Under the pieces are notes generated by a model that saw nothing but the letters and a program-made list of their open reading frames with translations, searched no databases and was not told where the DNA came from. A stretch of 64,000 nucleotides of DNA from a virus, in the IMG/VR virus record IMGVR_UViG_3300040801_002693, positions 1 to 64,000 of that record. One strand, 5' to 3'. A program made the translations under genes and the position numbers. Shown here one piece after another: positions 24,615 through 32,468 of the stretch. Every line of letters begins with the position of its first letter. The first letter of the stretch is position 1.

Positions 24615-25060
24615 TCTAAATCCTCCTGAGTCGTAAATTCACGATCAAAAATCACCCGCCAGCCGCACGAGGATTTGGCAAGTCGGCGCTCTTCACGCAA
24701 CGCTTCAAGAAGGTGTTTGACGTAACTGCGAATAAAGCCGGACTGCTGAACCAGGGTTTTTACGGAAACCCCATACAAGACCTCGGCGGAGTCACACAGG
24801 GCATAGATCGCTTCCTTGTCGGCCTCGGCGTTCGGGTACGGAAAAACCTGATCCTGCGATACGGTTCGCCATCCGGCGCTGTCCCGGTAGATCAATCCAT
24901 GTCGCCGCCGAAGCCGCTGAATCGACCGGCGCATCTGCATCGGCGTTAGATGCAGTTCCCGGCGCATGGCGTAGGGATTGGCCGGTTCGTTCTCCCGGAT
25001 ATAGCCGATCACACGACCGTCAATTTCGTTGCGATGCAGCGGTTGCGCTTCGCTTAACAT
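24563..25060 (-). CDS. wHTH-like protein with C-terminal QEDLEWMRQW motif (165 aa)
   Basis: Two wHTH-like segments. First gene after the duplicated leader element B. Confidence 0.55.
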   Translation of the reverse strand: MLSEAQPLHRNEIDGRVIGYIRENEPANPYAMRRELHLTPMQMRRSIQRLRRRHGLIYRDSAGWRTVSQDQVFPYPNAEADKEAIYALCDSAEVLYGVSVKTLVQQSGFIRSYVKHLLEALREERRLAKSSCGWRVIFDREFTTQEDLEWMRQWKKPNNPNRDRI

Positions 25061-25071
25061 TTCATAACCCC

Positions 25072-25186
25072 ATTCTGACTCTTGCCTGGGCGCTACAAGC
25101 GCCGATCGCTACCGAGGACATAAAAAGAGACCTGTTCATCGGAAAACGCCTAGAATCGCCTCGCAGGGGCCTTAGAATTGATTTTC
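25072..25186 (-). repeat. Duplicated leader element, copy B
   Basis: See copy A. Lies between the 25214 promoter and the 25060 start codon. Confidence 0.7.
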
Positions 25187-25213
25187 GATTTTCAGCGTTT
25201 TCGATAGACAGGC

Positions 25214-25253
25214 ATTATACCAGATCACTATCCTAAATGGTAGGTCAGTGCAA
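25214..25253 (-). promoter_or_regulatory. Leftward promoter region with operator CACTATcctaaATGGTA
   Basis: On the minus strand: TTGCAC (25248-25253)-N17-TAGTGA, plus a downstream extended -10 TGgTATAAT (25214-25222). Operator at 25226-25242. Confidence 0.5.
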
Positions 25254-25709
25254 AAGAACCGCCACGTAGTCTGTGCATAGATGCTTCTGAAAGCCGAACC
25301 GTCCGCCATGCCCTTTTTCGCACAGCTTCACCGAACCTGCTTCATCCCCCGGCATCGACATCCCGTGCGAGCAATCGGTACAGCGCACCCAGGCCGGTTC
25401 TGGGGCGACTTTTTTTTCAGGGTCATTCAGGGTCGAGATGGAAGCGATCGTGGCGTTAAACGCCTCCTGGATGCCCTGGACGTGATCTATCGTCGCTACG
25501 TTCTCGCGGAAGTACGCCAGGATCGCCGCTTTGTTTTGGGTGATCCATGCGACCTGCTTCTCGGACAACTTGGCGCGAGGACTCACCAGCAACCGATCTC
25601 CGGGCTGAATGACGACCTGAAATCCGGCGTCAATGATGCGGTCAATGGCTTTTTCGATCTGCGAGGTATCCGCTTTAGGTGTAACCTCTACCTGGTCTAG
25701 CAGGCTCAT
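25245..25709 (-). CDS. Hypothetical protein with Cys-rich C-terminus (154 aa)
   Basis: Start overlaps the primase-helicase stop by 1 nt. Confidence 0.55.
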   Translation of the reverse strand: MSLLDQVEVTPKADTSQIEKAIDRIIDAGFQVVIQPGDRLLVSPRAKLSEKQVAWITQNKAAILAYFRENVATIDHVQGIQEAFNATIASISTLNDPEKKVAPEPAWVRCTDCSHGMSMPGDEAGSVKLCEKGHGGRFGFQKHLCTDYVAVLLH

Positions 25710-27592
25710 CAGAAACCCTCTGGGTGCACGTAGATGATCGGTAATTCAGTCGGCCCTTCCAGGAATTGCTGGCTCTCTCGATGGAACCAGAGCGGGATCG
25801 TCGCCAGCCAGCCGTTGAACCGGTTCTTCTGAATCGAGAGGGTGGTGTCGGGCGCGCAGGCCAGCCGTGTATCCATCGGAGTGCCGTTGATCTTCTCGTC
25901 CTGCTGCGCCGCAAACTTTTCCTTGTTTCGCCACACCACCACCACGTTATGCGCCATATCGACCAATCCGCCCGAACCTTTCACGTCGTACATCGTCGGC
26001 GCTTTGTTCTCATCACTCGGCTTCTTGGGGTGAATGACGAGGTGAACGTGAACCTGATGCTCACGCGCAAACCCAATCAACGCCTGTGCCGCCGCCACCT
26101 GCTTGTCGTAGTCGTCGTAACTGATACCGAGCATCATCAAACTGTCCACTACAAACTGGGTGACTCCGTGCCGCTGGCGCGCATACTTGAAAACCTCCAG
26201 CACGGTTTTAATATTCGATGAACCGACATGGTGATAAATCACGCAGCGATCCTCGATAGCATCGGACAACCGATCCAGTTCTTCCGGGATGAGTGTTGAC
26301 CGGCCTGCCAACTGCTTGCACAGGCGATCAATGGTTTCGTCGGCGCTCATCTCCAGACTGGCAATACAGGCCCGCTCCTGGCCGGGTTGATGGATGGCAT
26401 AGGCCAGGATGTGAGAAAGCAGGCTAGTCTTCCCGTGCCCCCCAAAACCCGTCCAAACGGTCAGGTGATTCGGCACCATGAAAAACTCACTCGCCTTCGA
26501 CCAGGGCAACATCAATCCCTCAGGTTCCCCATTGCGCTCCGCCTGTTTCCGCATCCGCTCTTTGAGCAATTCAACGCCTTCCCGGAAGGTGATAAATTCT
26601 TCCGGGCTAAGGTAAGCCGATTGACGCAGGCAATTCAACACCTGCTCAGTCGTAATGCCCTGCATCAAACACTCGTTGATGTCCTTGTGCGGGAGCTTGA
26701 CGAGGCGGCAACGATGACGACCCAGACGCTTAATCAGACTGATCGCACCGTTCTCGCCGGGTTCATCCATGTCGAAGTTGATGAAAATCTCATCGAAGCG
26801 ACTCAGGTTGTCGCTTTCATCCTCAACCCATTCCTCCCCTCCAGCCCCGTTCGGTACGCTCAATGCCGGAACGCCGAATTGATGCCAGGTCGCACAATCA
26901 ACCTCGCCCTCCGTTAATAAAACCTTCCGGGCATCGGGTTTGATGAGGTGCCAGCCGAACAGAATGCGCTTGCAATCCGTTTCCAGGCGAATCCGCTTCT
27001 TGAGCGATCCGTTCTTCTGTTCCACACGCTGTAGCGCCAGATACTTGTTGTTGATCAGCGTCAACTTCCCGTCCGGGTTCTTGATCAGGTACGGAAAGAC
27101 GATGTCCGCCGGGTTATCAGGAAGATCATAAAAGCTGTTGGGCTGTTCCAGGATGTGAAACGCCTTGATCGTCTCGTCGGTCAGTCCTCGGCCATGCAGA
27201 TACGCCATGACCGGTGATTCCGGGGCAGGTGCCTTGCTGGCCGGAGGACGGTTCGCCGTTGCATAGGTTTTCGGCTTCTTGAGTTTCGGGGGCGGGCTGA
27301 CCCCGAGGTAGTTACGGACCTCGGTCATCGCCTCGCTGATCGACAAACCGAACCGCAGCGCCCAGGCATCCAGTAGATCACCTCGGTGCTCATCCTTGAA
27401 CGCCCAGTCGCAGAACATCCCTGCTTTCGCACCTGAGAGTTCACAGGCCAGCGAATGTCCAGCGCCGCCATGAACGTCCCCTACGCGCCATTCCTTGCCT
27501 TCGCGCTTTCCGTTGGGCCACAGGTACTCGCAAACCCCTTGCGCGTCTTGTGCGAGCAACTGGGCCAGTTCTTTCGGGGATTCGACGATCAT
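25709..27592 (-). CDS. Bifunctional primase-helicase (TOPRIM + DnaB/gp4-like helicase), 627 aa
   Basis: TOPRIM motifs LLTEGEVDCATW and INFDMDEPG. Walker A GFGGHGKTSLL, Walker B FVVDSLMML, and HVHLVIHPKK. Confidence 0.85.
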   Translation of the reverse strand: MIVESPKELAQLLAQDAQGVCEYLWPNGKREGKEWRVGDVHGGAGHSLACELSGAKAGMFCDWAFKDEHRGDLLDAWALRFGLSISEAMTEVRNYLGVSPPPKLKKPKTYATANRPPASKAPAPESPVMAYLHGRGLTDETIKAFHILEQPNSFYDLPDNPADIVFPYLIKNPDGKLTLINNKYLALQRVEQKNGSLKKRIRLETDCKRILFGWHLIKPDARKVLLTEGEVDCATWHQFGVPALSVPNGAGGEEWVEDESDNLSRFDEIFINFDMDEPGENGAISLIKRLGRHRCRLVKLPHKDINECLMQGITTEQVLNCLRQSAYLSPEEFITFREGVELLKERMRKQAERNGEPEGLMLPWSKASEFFMVPNHLTVWTGFGGHGKTSLLSHILAYAIHQPGQERACIASLEMSADETIDRLCKQLAGRSTLIPEELDRLSDAIEDRCVIYHHVGSSNIKTVLEVFKYARQRHGVTQFVVDSLMMLGISYDDYDKQVAAAQALIGFAREHQVHVHLVIHPKKPSDENKAPTMYDVKGSGGLVDMAHNVVVVWRNKEKFAAQQDEKINGTPMDTRLACAPDTTLSIQKNRFNGWLATIPLWFHRESQQFLEGPTELPIIYVHPEGF

Positions 27593-28002
27593 TCCCAGGG
27601 TTCCTTTGCGCAGAGCGCATAGAATTCAGGCAGGGTGGGTGGGAAAGGTGATTTGCGTTCCTGAAAGCATTTCAGTAAGCCGCGTTCCAGGCGAACCAGC
27701 GGGATGCGGGAAAGGGCTTGTGCCCAGTAACTCATGGTCTCGGTGATATTTCCGTCCTCGTAGCAAATCGGCCCAAAGTTATCCGTCCACTTCTGCCCAT
27801 AGGTAATCTTCATCGACTTCCAAATCATGGCGATGATTTCGTCCTTGAGCGCCAAGTCGGAGATCATGAGTGGCCCGCTACCATTGCTCGGCTTGAGATG
27901 AGCGGGAAGATTGGGTTTCATTAAGCCGCTGCTGTTCGAGGTTGCGCATAAGGGCTGCTTCGAGGGCGTTGTCGTCTGCGACGGTGTGTTTTCGGGTTCC
28001 AT
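27589..28002 (-). CDS. Replication-associated protein with lambda-P-like motif (start uncertain)
   Basis: ERKSPFPPTLPEFYALCAKE resembles lambda P RQNRPFLPSPGQFVAWCRE. Positioned between the initiator and the helicase, as P is in lambda. ATGA overlap with the helicase gene. Likely true start at 27867 or 27921. Confidence 0.4.
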   Translation of the reverse strand: MEPENTPSQTTTPSKQPLCATSNSSGLMKPNLPAHLKPSNGSGPLMISDLALKDEIIAMIWKSMKITYGQKWTDNFGPICYEDGNITETMSYWAQALSRIPLVRLERGLLKCFQERKSPFPPTLPEFYALCAKEPWE

Positions 28003-28990
28003 TGTGACCTCCGGTGTGGGGGGTGGGGTTATTGACTGGAATCATCCAAGCATCTTGGAATTCTTTGCCGGCTCCAAAAAACCGCTGTGCTTTCATCACA
28101 TATTCCGTGTTGATCCAATTCTTTGAAGCAGCGTATCTCACGTAACGATCAAGCCCATCGCTCATTTCTTCAGATGTGTACCCTTCGTTGAGTCGTGCAT
28201 TGAAGGCGCGATAAGCTTTTTCCTTGGAGTTGCCTCCTGCTCTTGTCGGGTATCGTTTCCAAAGCGACTCGAAGATTTCTGGATAGGCGTTTTTCGTCTT
28301 GGACGTTTTTCGCACATCCCCCCCTTGGGGGGTAGGGGGGTTATCTTTTACGGTTCCATTTACGGTTCTATCTTTATATAAAAGGAGTGCGTCATCGTTT
28401 TTGCCGAAAATTCCGACATAGGCTTCCGAAAATTCCGACATAGGCTTTTCCTTTGTCGGGTTTTCCGACATTGGGATAGATTGTTGATTTGACTCTATTT
28501 CATCTCCTGTGTCGGAAATCCCTACGTCGGTTTTTCCTATGTAGGATTTTCCGACATTGGCATTGCTGTTATCTGCATGATTATTATCATCATCTTTACC
28601 TATGTCGGAAATCCCTACATTGGTTTTTTCGACATAGGGTTCTTGATGTCCTATGTCGGGTTTTTCGTTGTAGGGTTTCTGGTTTCCTATGTCGGTTTTT
28701 CCGACATTGTGTTGTCCAATAACAACCTCTAATTGCAACCGATGGCGGGCGGATTGTTTATGACCTCTTTCGGTGCGCCGGTCTTCGGAAGTAATTAAGC
28801 CGTACCTAACCAGCGCAGCCAGATGGGTTACAACAGTATCTCGATTCATGCCGCAGTCATAGGCAATCGCCTTTTGGCCGGGCCATGCTTTATCTTCAGT
28901 GTTGGCGTAATTAGCTAACGCCAAAAGAACTAATTTTTCGCCGGATTTGATTTGCTGCTTCCATGCCCATTGAATAGCGCGAAGACTCAT
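27878..28990 (-). CDS. Replication initiator-like wHTH protein containing internal iterons (370 aa)
   Basis: N-terminal wHTH (LVLLALANYAN...GQKAIAYDCGMNRDTVVTHLAALVRYGLI). The central peptide repeats VGKTDIG/VGISDIG are encoded by the DNA iterons. Confidence 0.6.
   Translation of the reverse strand: MSLRAIQWAWKQQIKSGEKLVLLALANYANTEDKAWPGQKAIAYDCGMNRDTVVTHLAALVRYGLITSEDRRTERGHKQSARHRLQLEVVIGQHNVGKTDIGNQKPYNEKPDIGHQEPYVEKTNVGISDIGKDDDNNHADNSNANVGKSYIGKTDVGISDTGDEIESNQQSIPMSENPTKEKPMSEFSEAYVGIFGKNDDALLLYKDRTVNGTVKDNPPTPQGGDVRKTSKTKNAYPEIFESLWKRYPTRAGGNSKEKAYRAFNARLNEGYTSEEMSDGLDRYVRYAASKNWINTEYVMKAQRFFGAGKEFQDAWMIPVNNPTPHTGGHNGTRKHTVADDNALEAALMRNLEQQRLNETQSSRSSQAEQW
28405..28710. repeat. Iteron array, candidate origin of replication inside the initiator gene
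   Basis: At least 12 copies of TTCCGACAT or its complement ATGTCGGAA, some with one mismatch. They are arranged as inverted pairs, for example ATGTCGG-ttttt-CCGACAT at 28689-28707. An A+T-rich core lies at 28571-28597. Confidence 0.7.
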
Positions 28991-28999
28991 AACCGCCTC

Positions 29000-29722
29000 C
29001 TAAAAATCAAAGCTGGCGGTTTGTTTCCAGACTTCACTCACCCGACGACAAGCGGTGTCGAAGTGCTTTGGGTCAATCTCAATCCCGATCGCCTTCCGAC
29101 GCTCCATGAGTGCAGCTACCAAGGTACTGCCTGATCCCATAAATGGGTCTAACACCGTTTCCCCGGCAACCGAACTGGACTCGATCATCTGCGCCAGAAT
29201 ATCCACAGGCTTTTCGGTAGGATGGACTTTGGCGCGACCGCTGTTTGGACGTAGCGATTTTAGAATACTGCCCCGGCGCATCCGGGCGGCGAGTGCGCCG
29301 AATCCCTTTTCTCGATTAGCCTGACTGATCTCATGGACGGCAAAGGTGATCTTTTCATGCTGCGGCCCCCAAGGGATTTCCAGGTTCCCCATCCCAAATA
29401 CCCCCTTATCCCAAATCAACTCAATCTCGGAACACAAAGGCAACCCGGATACCACTAAGGGGCCAAAAATATAAACGTGGCGACTACGCCGCAAGACACT
29501 CAGCGATGCCTTGATGTAAGGCGTTACATCAAAATCCTTATGGTCATTCATTAATTTTTCATGGTTATTGCTGCGATTTGATTTGAAATCAACACCATAC
29601 GGAGGGTCAGTCACCAACAAATCCGCATCACCTTTTTTCAGGGTTCTCAAGACCTCTAAGCAGTCGCCTAAATACAGCGTGGCGTCTCCGATAACTTCTT
29701 TCTTAATCATGTGCTTCTCCAA
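29000..29722 (-). CDS. DNA methyltransferase, beta-class amino-MTase (240 aa)
   Basis: LLVTDPPYGVDF (motif IV) lies N-terminal. HPTEKP and VLDPFMGSGSTLVAA (motif I) lie C-terminal. Confidence 0.85.
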   Translation of the reverse strand: MEKHMIKKEVIGDATLYLGDCLEVLRTLKKGDADLLVTDPPYGVDFKSNRSNNHEKLMNDHKDFDVTPYIKASLSVLRRSRHVYIFGPLVVSGLPLCSEIELIWDKGVFGMGNLEIPWGPQHEKITFAVHEISQANREKGFGALAARMRRGSILKSLRPNSGRAKVHPTEKPVDILAQMIESSSVAGETVLDPFMGSGSTLVAALMERRKAIGIEIDPKHFDTACRRVSEVWKQTASFDF

Positions 29723-29904
29723 AAAAAAGACGGCAAAACCCTACCGCGATGAGTTTTCAGCGGTTCCTTGGCCTATTACGGGAAATTACGAGGTGTCGCT
29801 TGTTGCGACAGGGGGATTTCGGGTATAATGGGTCTGTTCATGATGTTCTCCAAAGCGTGATCATGGACATCGCCGGGAAGCCTCGTCACCGGTTCCCGGC
29901 AACA

Positions 29905-29921
29905 TACTATCTTCGATGGTA
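29905..29921. promoter_or_regulatory. Operator copy TACTATcttcgATGGTA
   Basis: Intergenic, between the 29929 gene end and the 29722 gene start. Followed by an 8-bp hairpin GCCGGGAA/TTCCCGGC at 29872-29900. Confidence 0.5.
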
Positions 29922-29928
29922 GCCTACT

Positions 29929-30162
29929 TTAAACCGGTTGTCTATCCGGTTTTTCAACCCCCTCCTCGCCGAAGTACTCGTTCATCCAGTACTCGTTCCA
30001 AATCAGCCGACTGCACATTGCTGTTCCGGCTTCCTGTATGCCGGTCTCATACACGTCCGCATCGGGTTTTGTGCAGGACTGATCTACGAAATTCGCGCAT
30101 TTCTGACACAACCTGCTCTGTCCTGGCGCGACCTTGCGCTTGCCTCGGAACAGGTTATTCAT
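29929..30162 (-). CDS. Hypothetical Cys-containing protein (77 aa)
   Basis: Co-oriented; ATGA-type overlap with the upstream ORF. Confidence 0.45.
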   Translation of the reverse strand: MNNLFRGKRKVAPGQSRLCQKCANFVDQSCTKPDADVYETGIQEAGTAMCSRLIWNEYWMNEYFGEEGVEKPDRQPV

Positions 30163-30401
30163 CCAATCACCTCCTGGAACTTAGACCTCCAGCGTGGATA
30201 GGAGGTGTAGGGATTAAGGCGAACCTGCTCTGGATGCCACGGTGGAATCGAAATGAAGCCACCAATTGAATTCCAACGGCATAAAATCATGCCGTGATCA
30301 TCCAGAACATATTGGTTCGCCTCAAGATCGAACCGGCAACGATAGAGCGGTTCAGAACCATCTGGTTCTCCACCAAGATGAAAAGGGAGATCATTCTGCA
30401 T
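30159..30401 (-). CDS. Hypothetical protein (80 aa)
   Basis: Start trimmed to the ATG at 30401 (MQNDLPF...) behind an AGGAAA SD. Confidence 0.4.
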   Translation of the reverse strand: MQNDLPFHLGGEPDGSEPLYRCRFDLEANQYVLDDHGMILCRWNSIGGFISIPPWHPEQVRLNPYTSYPRWRSKFQEVIG

Positions 30402-30738
30402 TTTCCTGCTTCCCTCGCGCCGCATAGAGCGCATTGAGTTTTGAGACGGTCTCATTCAGCGCCAAGCGTTCCTCAGCCAGTTCATCCTCCAGGCGACGGC
30501 ACCGCTCCGTCTGCTGCTGCTGGATATGGCGCAACACGCTGATCTGATCGTCCAGGTTCATCGGGCGCTTCTCAAACAACCGACGATCCGCCGCACACTC
30601 CAGGATCGCCAGCGCCTTCTTGCTAGGCGCTGTCCGGCCCGATCGCCAGTAACTAATCGTTCTCACCGTCACTCCACACAGCCGCGCCGCCTGCTCGTTC
30701 CCCAGACCTGCCTTTTCCATCAGTTCTTTCACGTTCAA
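30391..30738 (-). CDS. HTH DNA-binding protein with C-terminal coiled coil (115 aa)
   Basis: NEQAARLCGVTVRTISYWRSGRTAP is a classic HTH. The C-terminal half is predicted helical and charged. Confidence 0.6.
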   Translation of the reverse strand: MNVKELMEKAGLGNEQAARLCGVTVRTISYWRSGRTAPSKKALAILECAADRRLFEKRPMNLDDQISVLRHIQQQQTERCRRLEDELAEERLALNETVSKLNALYAARGKQENAE

Positions 30739-30932
30739 ATGAACACCTCCTCCACGTTGTACACCTTAAATCGCCAACATCTCGTGCATTGGCGTTTATC
30801 CTCCTGCTGATCCCGATGATCCAGATAGCCGCAGGCCAGACAGACCCCAATATGAGTCATCTCGCCCATGTTCCAGCCCTTTTTAGGGCCAAAGAGTGCT
30901 TCAAGGTCTGCAATGACGATACTGAAATTCAT
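30735..30932 (-). CDS. Small Cys-rich protein (65 aa)
   Basis: Start trimmed to the ATG at 30932, 1 nt after the upstream stop. CLACG...CTRC. Confidence 0.45.
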   Translation of the reverse strand: MNFSIVIADLEALFGPKKGWNMGEMTHIGVCLACGYLDHRDQQEDKRQCTRCWRFKVYNVEEVFI

Positions 30933-30933
30933 G

Positions 30934-31266
30934 TTAAAGCCCCGTTTGGTGAGGAAAAGGACGATACCCAGGATTGTTGAGTAGTGGCATCCCATAGTGT
31001 TGATGGCACTCGTTCACTTCGGATAACGAGTTCTCGGCCCCGCCGACCCAATTCCGCAGTCGGGGATGGTAGAGACAGTAGGCTTTCACCTCATCACTTG
31101 AACTTATTTCCCACTGATTACGAAACTCCAGCGCCTCGGCCACACCCATCTTCACGGCTCTCGGCAATGGGAGTCGAGTGAACTCGTCATTCGTGAGGAA
31201 CAGATAAAACGGATTTGACTGTTCATCGAAGAACGAAATCTTCATACCGGCATTGTTGTGGATCAC
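30934..31266 (-). CDS. Hypothetical protein (110 aa)
   Basis: GTG start 6 nt after a strong AAGGAGGG SD. Confidence 0.5.
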   Translation of the reverse strand: MIHNNAGMKISFFDEQSNPFYLFLTNDEFTRLPLPRAVKMGVAEALEFRNQWEISSSDEVKAYCLYHPRLRNWVGGAENSLSEVNECHQHYGMPLLNNPGYRPFPHQTGL

Positions 31267-31295
31267 TTTAAGCCCTCCTTAATGATGACCCTATT

Positions 31296-31315
31296 TTGCA
31301 TGAAGATTCATGCAA
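31296..31315. promoter_or_regulatory. Perfect 20-bp palindrome TTGCATGAAGATTCATGCAA
   Basis: 9-bp arms with a 2-bp centre, 30 bp upstream of the 31266 start. The outer TTGCAT can double as a -35. Confidence 0.6.
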
Positions 31316-31331
31316 TGTCAAGTCCAGGCAT

Positions 31332-31355
31332 AAAAAAACCCCGGTGAAGGGGTTT
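31332..31355 (-). terminator. Rho-independent terminator (minus strand)
   Basis: On the minus strand: AAACCCC-uucacc-GGGGUUU followed by a U7 run. Follows the 31368 gene end. Confidence 0.7.
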
Positions 31356-31367
31356 AGGTCTTTTCCT

Positions 31368-31562
31368 TTATTTATCAGGTTCTTCTGTAACCATTCCCTT
31401 TAACTTCTGTAGTGCGTCGTAAACAGCATCCAGTGTTGAAAATACGCCCTGGATGCCCTGCTGGTTTAAATCCTCAAGCCTGACAAACCGTAACAACTCA
31501 ACAAGGCTTTCAGTATGCTCTAATGTATCCAGCATCTTAACTTTACGCACTCCAAAATCCAT
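31368..31562 (-). CDS. Hypothetical protein (64 aa)
   Basis: AAGGAG SD. A C10 tract lies 27 nt upstream of the start. Confidence 0.5.
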   Translation of the reverse strand: MDFGVRKVKMLDTLEHTESLVELLRFVRLEDLNQQGIQGVFSTLDAVYDALQKLKGMVTEEPDK

Positions 31563-31770
31563 CGGTGACTCCTTGTGGGAAAGGCTTACCCCCCCCCCGG
31601 CTGTTGTTTTATAGCCGCAATAACGCCCAAAACCGAACCCTTCCTGAATTCGTAAACGCGCTCAATCATTGCGGGTTGTTCAGTATTTTAACAAAAGTTT
31701 CAACGGCTGTCTTGACCCCTGAAACGGCGCAATGCCTTTTCTCAAAAAAATACAAAGCGACTTAACACTT

Positions 31771-32223
31771 TTACTCCTGAAAAACCTGGTTTCGTAACTC
31801 TCTTAATAACAGGTGTGTGTATTTATCGACACGTTCAAAGGTGTCGGGAGGGAGTAAATTCTTTGCCGCACGGACAAAAGTTGTCTCATAATTCTCACTA
31901 GTGACTTGCTGGAATTCCTTTTCCAGATCAGAAAACGCCTCACCAATCTCTGCGATCCGCTGTCCGCACTCAAAAAATCGCTTGAGGGTTTGTACAGGAA
32001 AGCGGCCCTGCTCATGCTCCGCGCCGCGATGCTTGCGGATATTGTTCTTGTTGGGGCGACCCAAACGGTTGTACAGTTCTTCCCGCTCCTCCTCCAGTTC
32101 CACCTTCTCCGCTCGCAGCGCCAGCCGTTTTTCTTCGATGGAGGGAAACAGGTACTTGCGCGCACCTTTTGGGGTGTGTACGTCATAACTGCCCCGACTC
32201 CCATTCAGTGTCATCGTTTTCAC
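31771..32223 (-). CDS. Hypothetical protein (150 aa)
   Basis: ATGA-type overlap with the upstream ORF; charged and helical. Confidence 0.55.
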   Translation of the reverse strand: MKTMTLNGSRGSYDVHTPKGARKYLFPSIEEKRLALRAEKVELEEEREELYNRLGRPNKNNIRKHRGAEHEQGRFPVQTLKRFFECGQRIAEIGEAFSDLEKEFQQVTSENYETTFVRAAKNLLPPDTFERVDKYTHLLLRELRNQVFQE

Positions 32224-32468
32224 GCTATCTCCTTCAATTCAGTTACCGGGTATGCCCAATCGCCGCGCTTCTCCCAGTACTCACAACTGGCCGACGCCTG
32301 GGTAGCGCGATAATGCAAGCGACCTTTCAAGAACGCCGAATGCATCCGGCAGTGTCCCCACAATCCCGAGGGGCGCAGGTCGTGTTGATGTCCCCAAAAC
32401 CGGCAACTCTCACAGCGCGGCTCTCTGGCCCACCAGGCGTCTTCCAGAATCATCCGTTGTCCTCGCAA
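32220..32468 (-). CDS. Small Cys/Trp-rich protein (82 aa)
   Basis: Overlaps the helicase 3' end by 19 nt. CESCRFW...HCRMH...SCEYW. Confidence 0.45.
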   Translation of the reverse strand: MRGQRMILEDAWWAREPRCESCRFWGHQHDLRPSGLWGHCRMHSAFLKGRLHYRATQASASCEYWEKRGDWAYPVTELKEIA

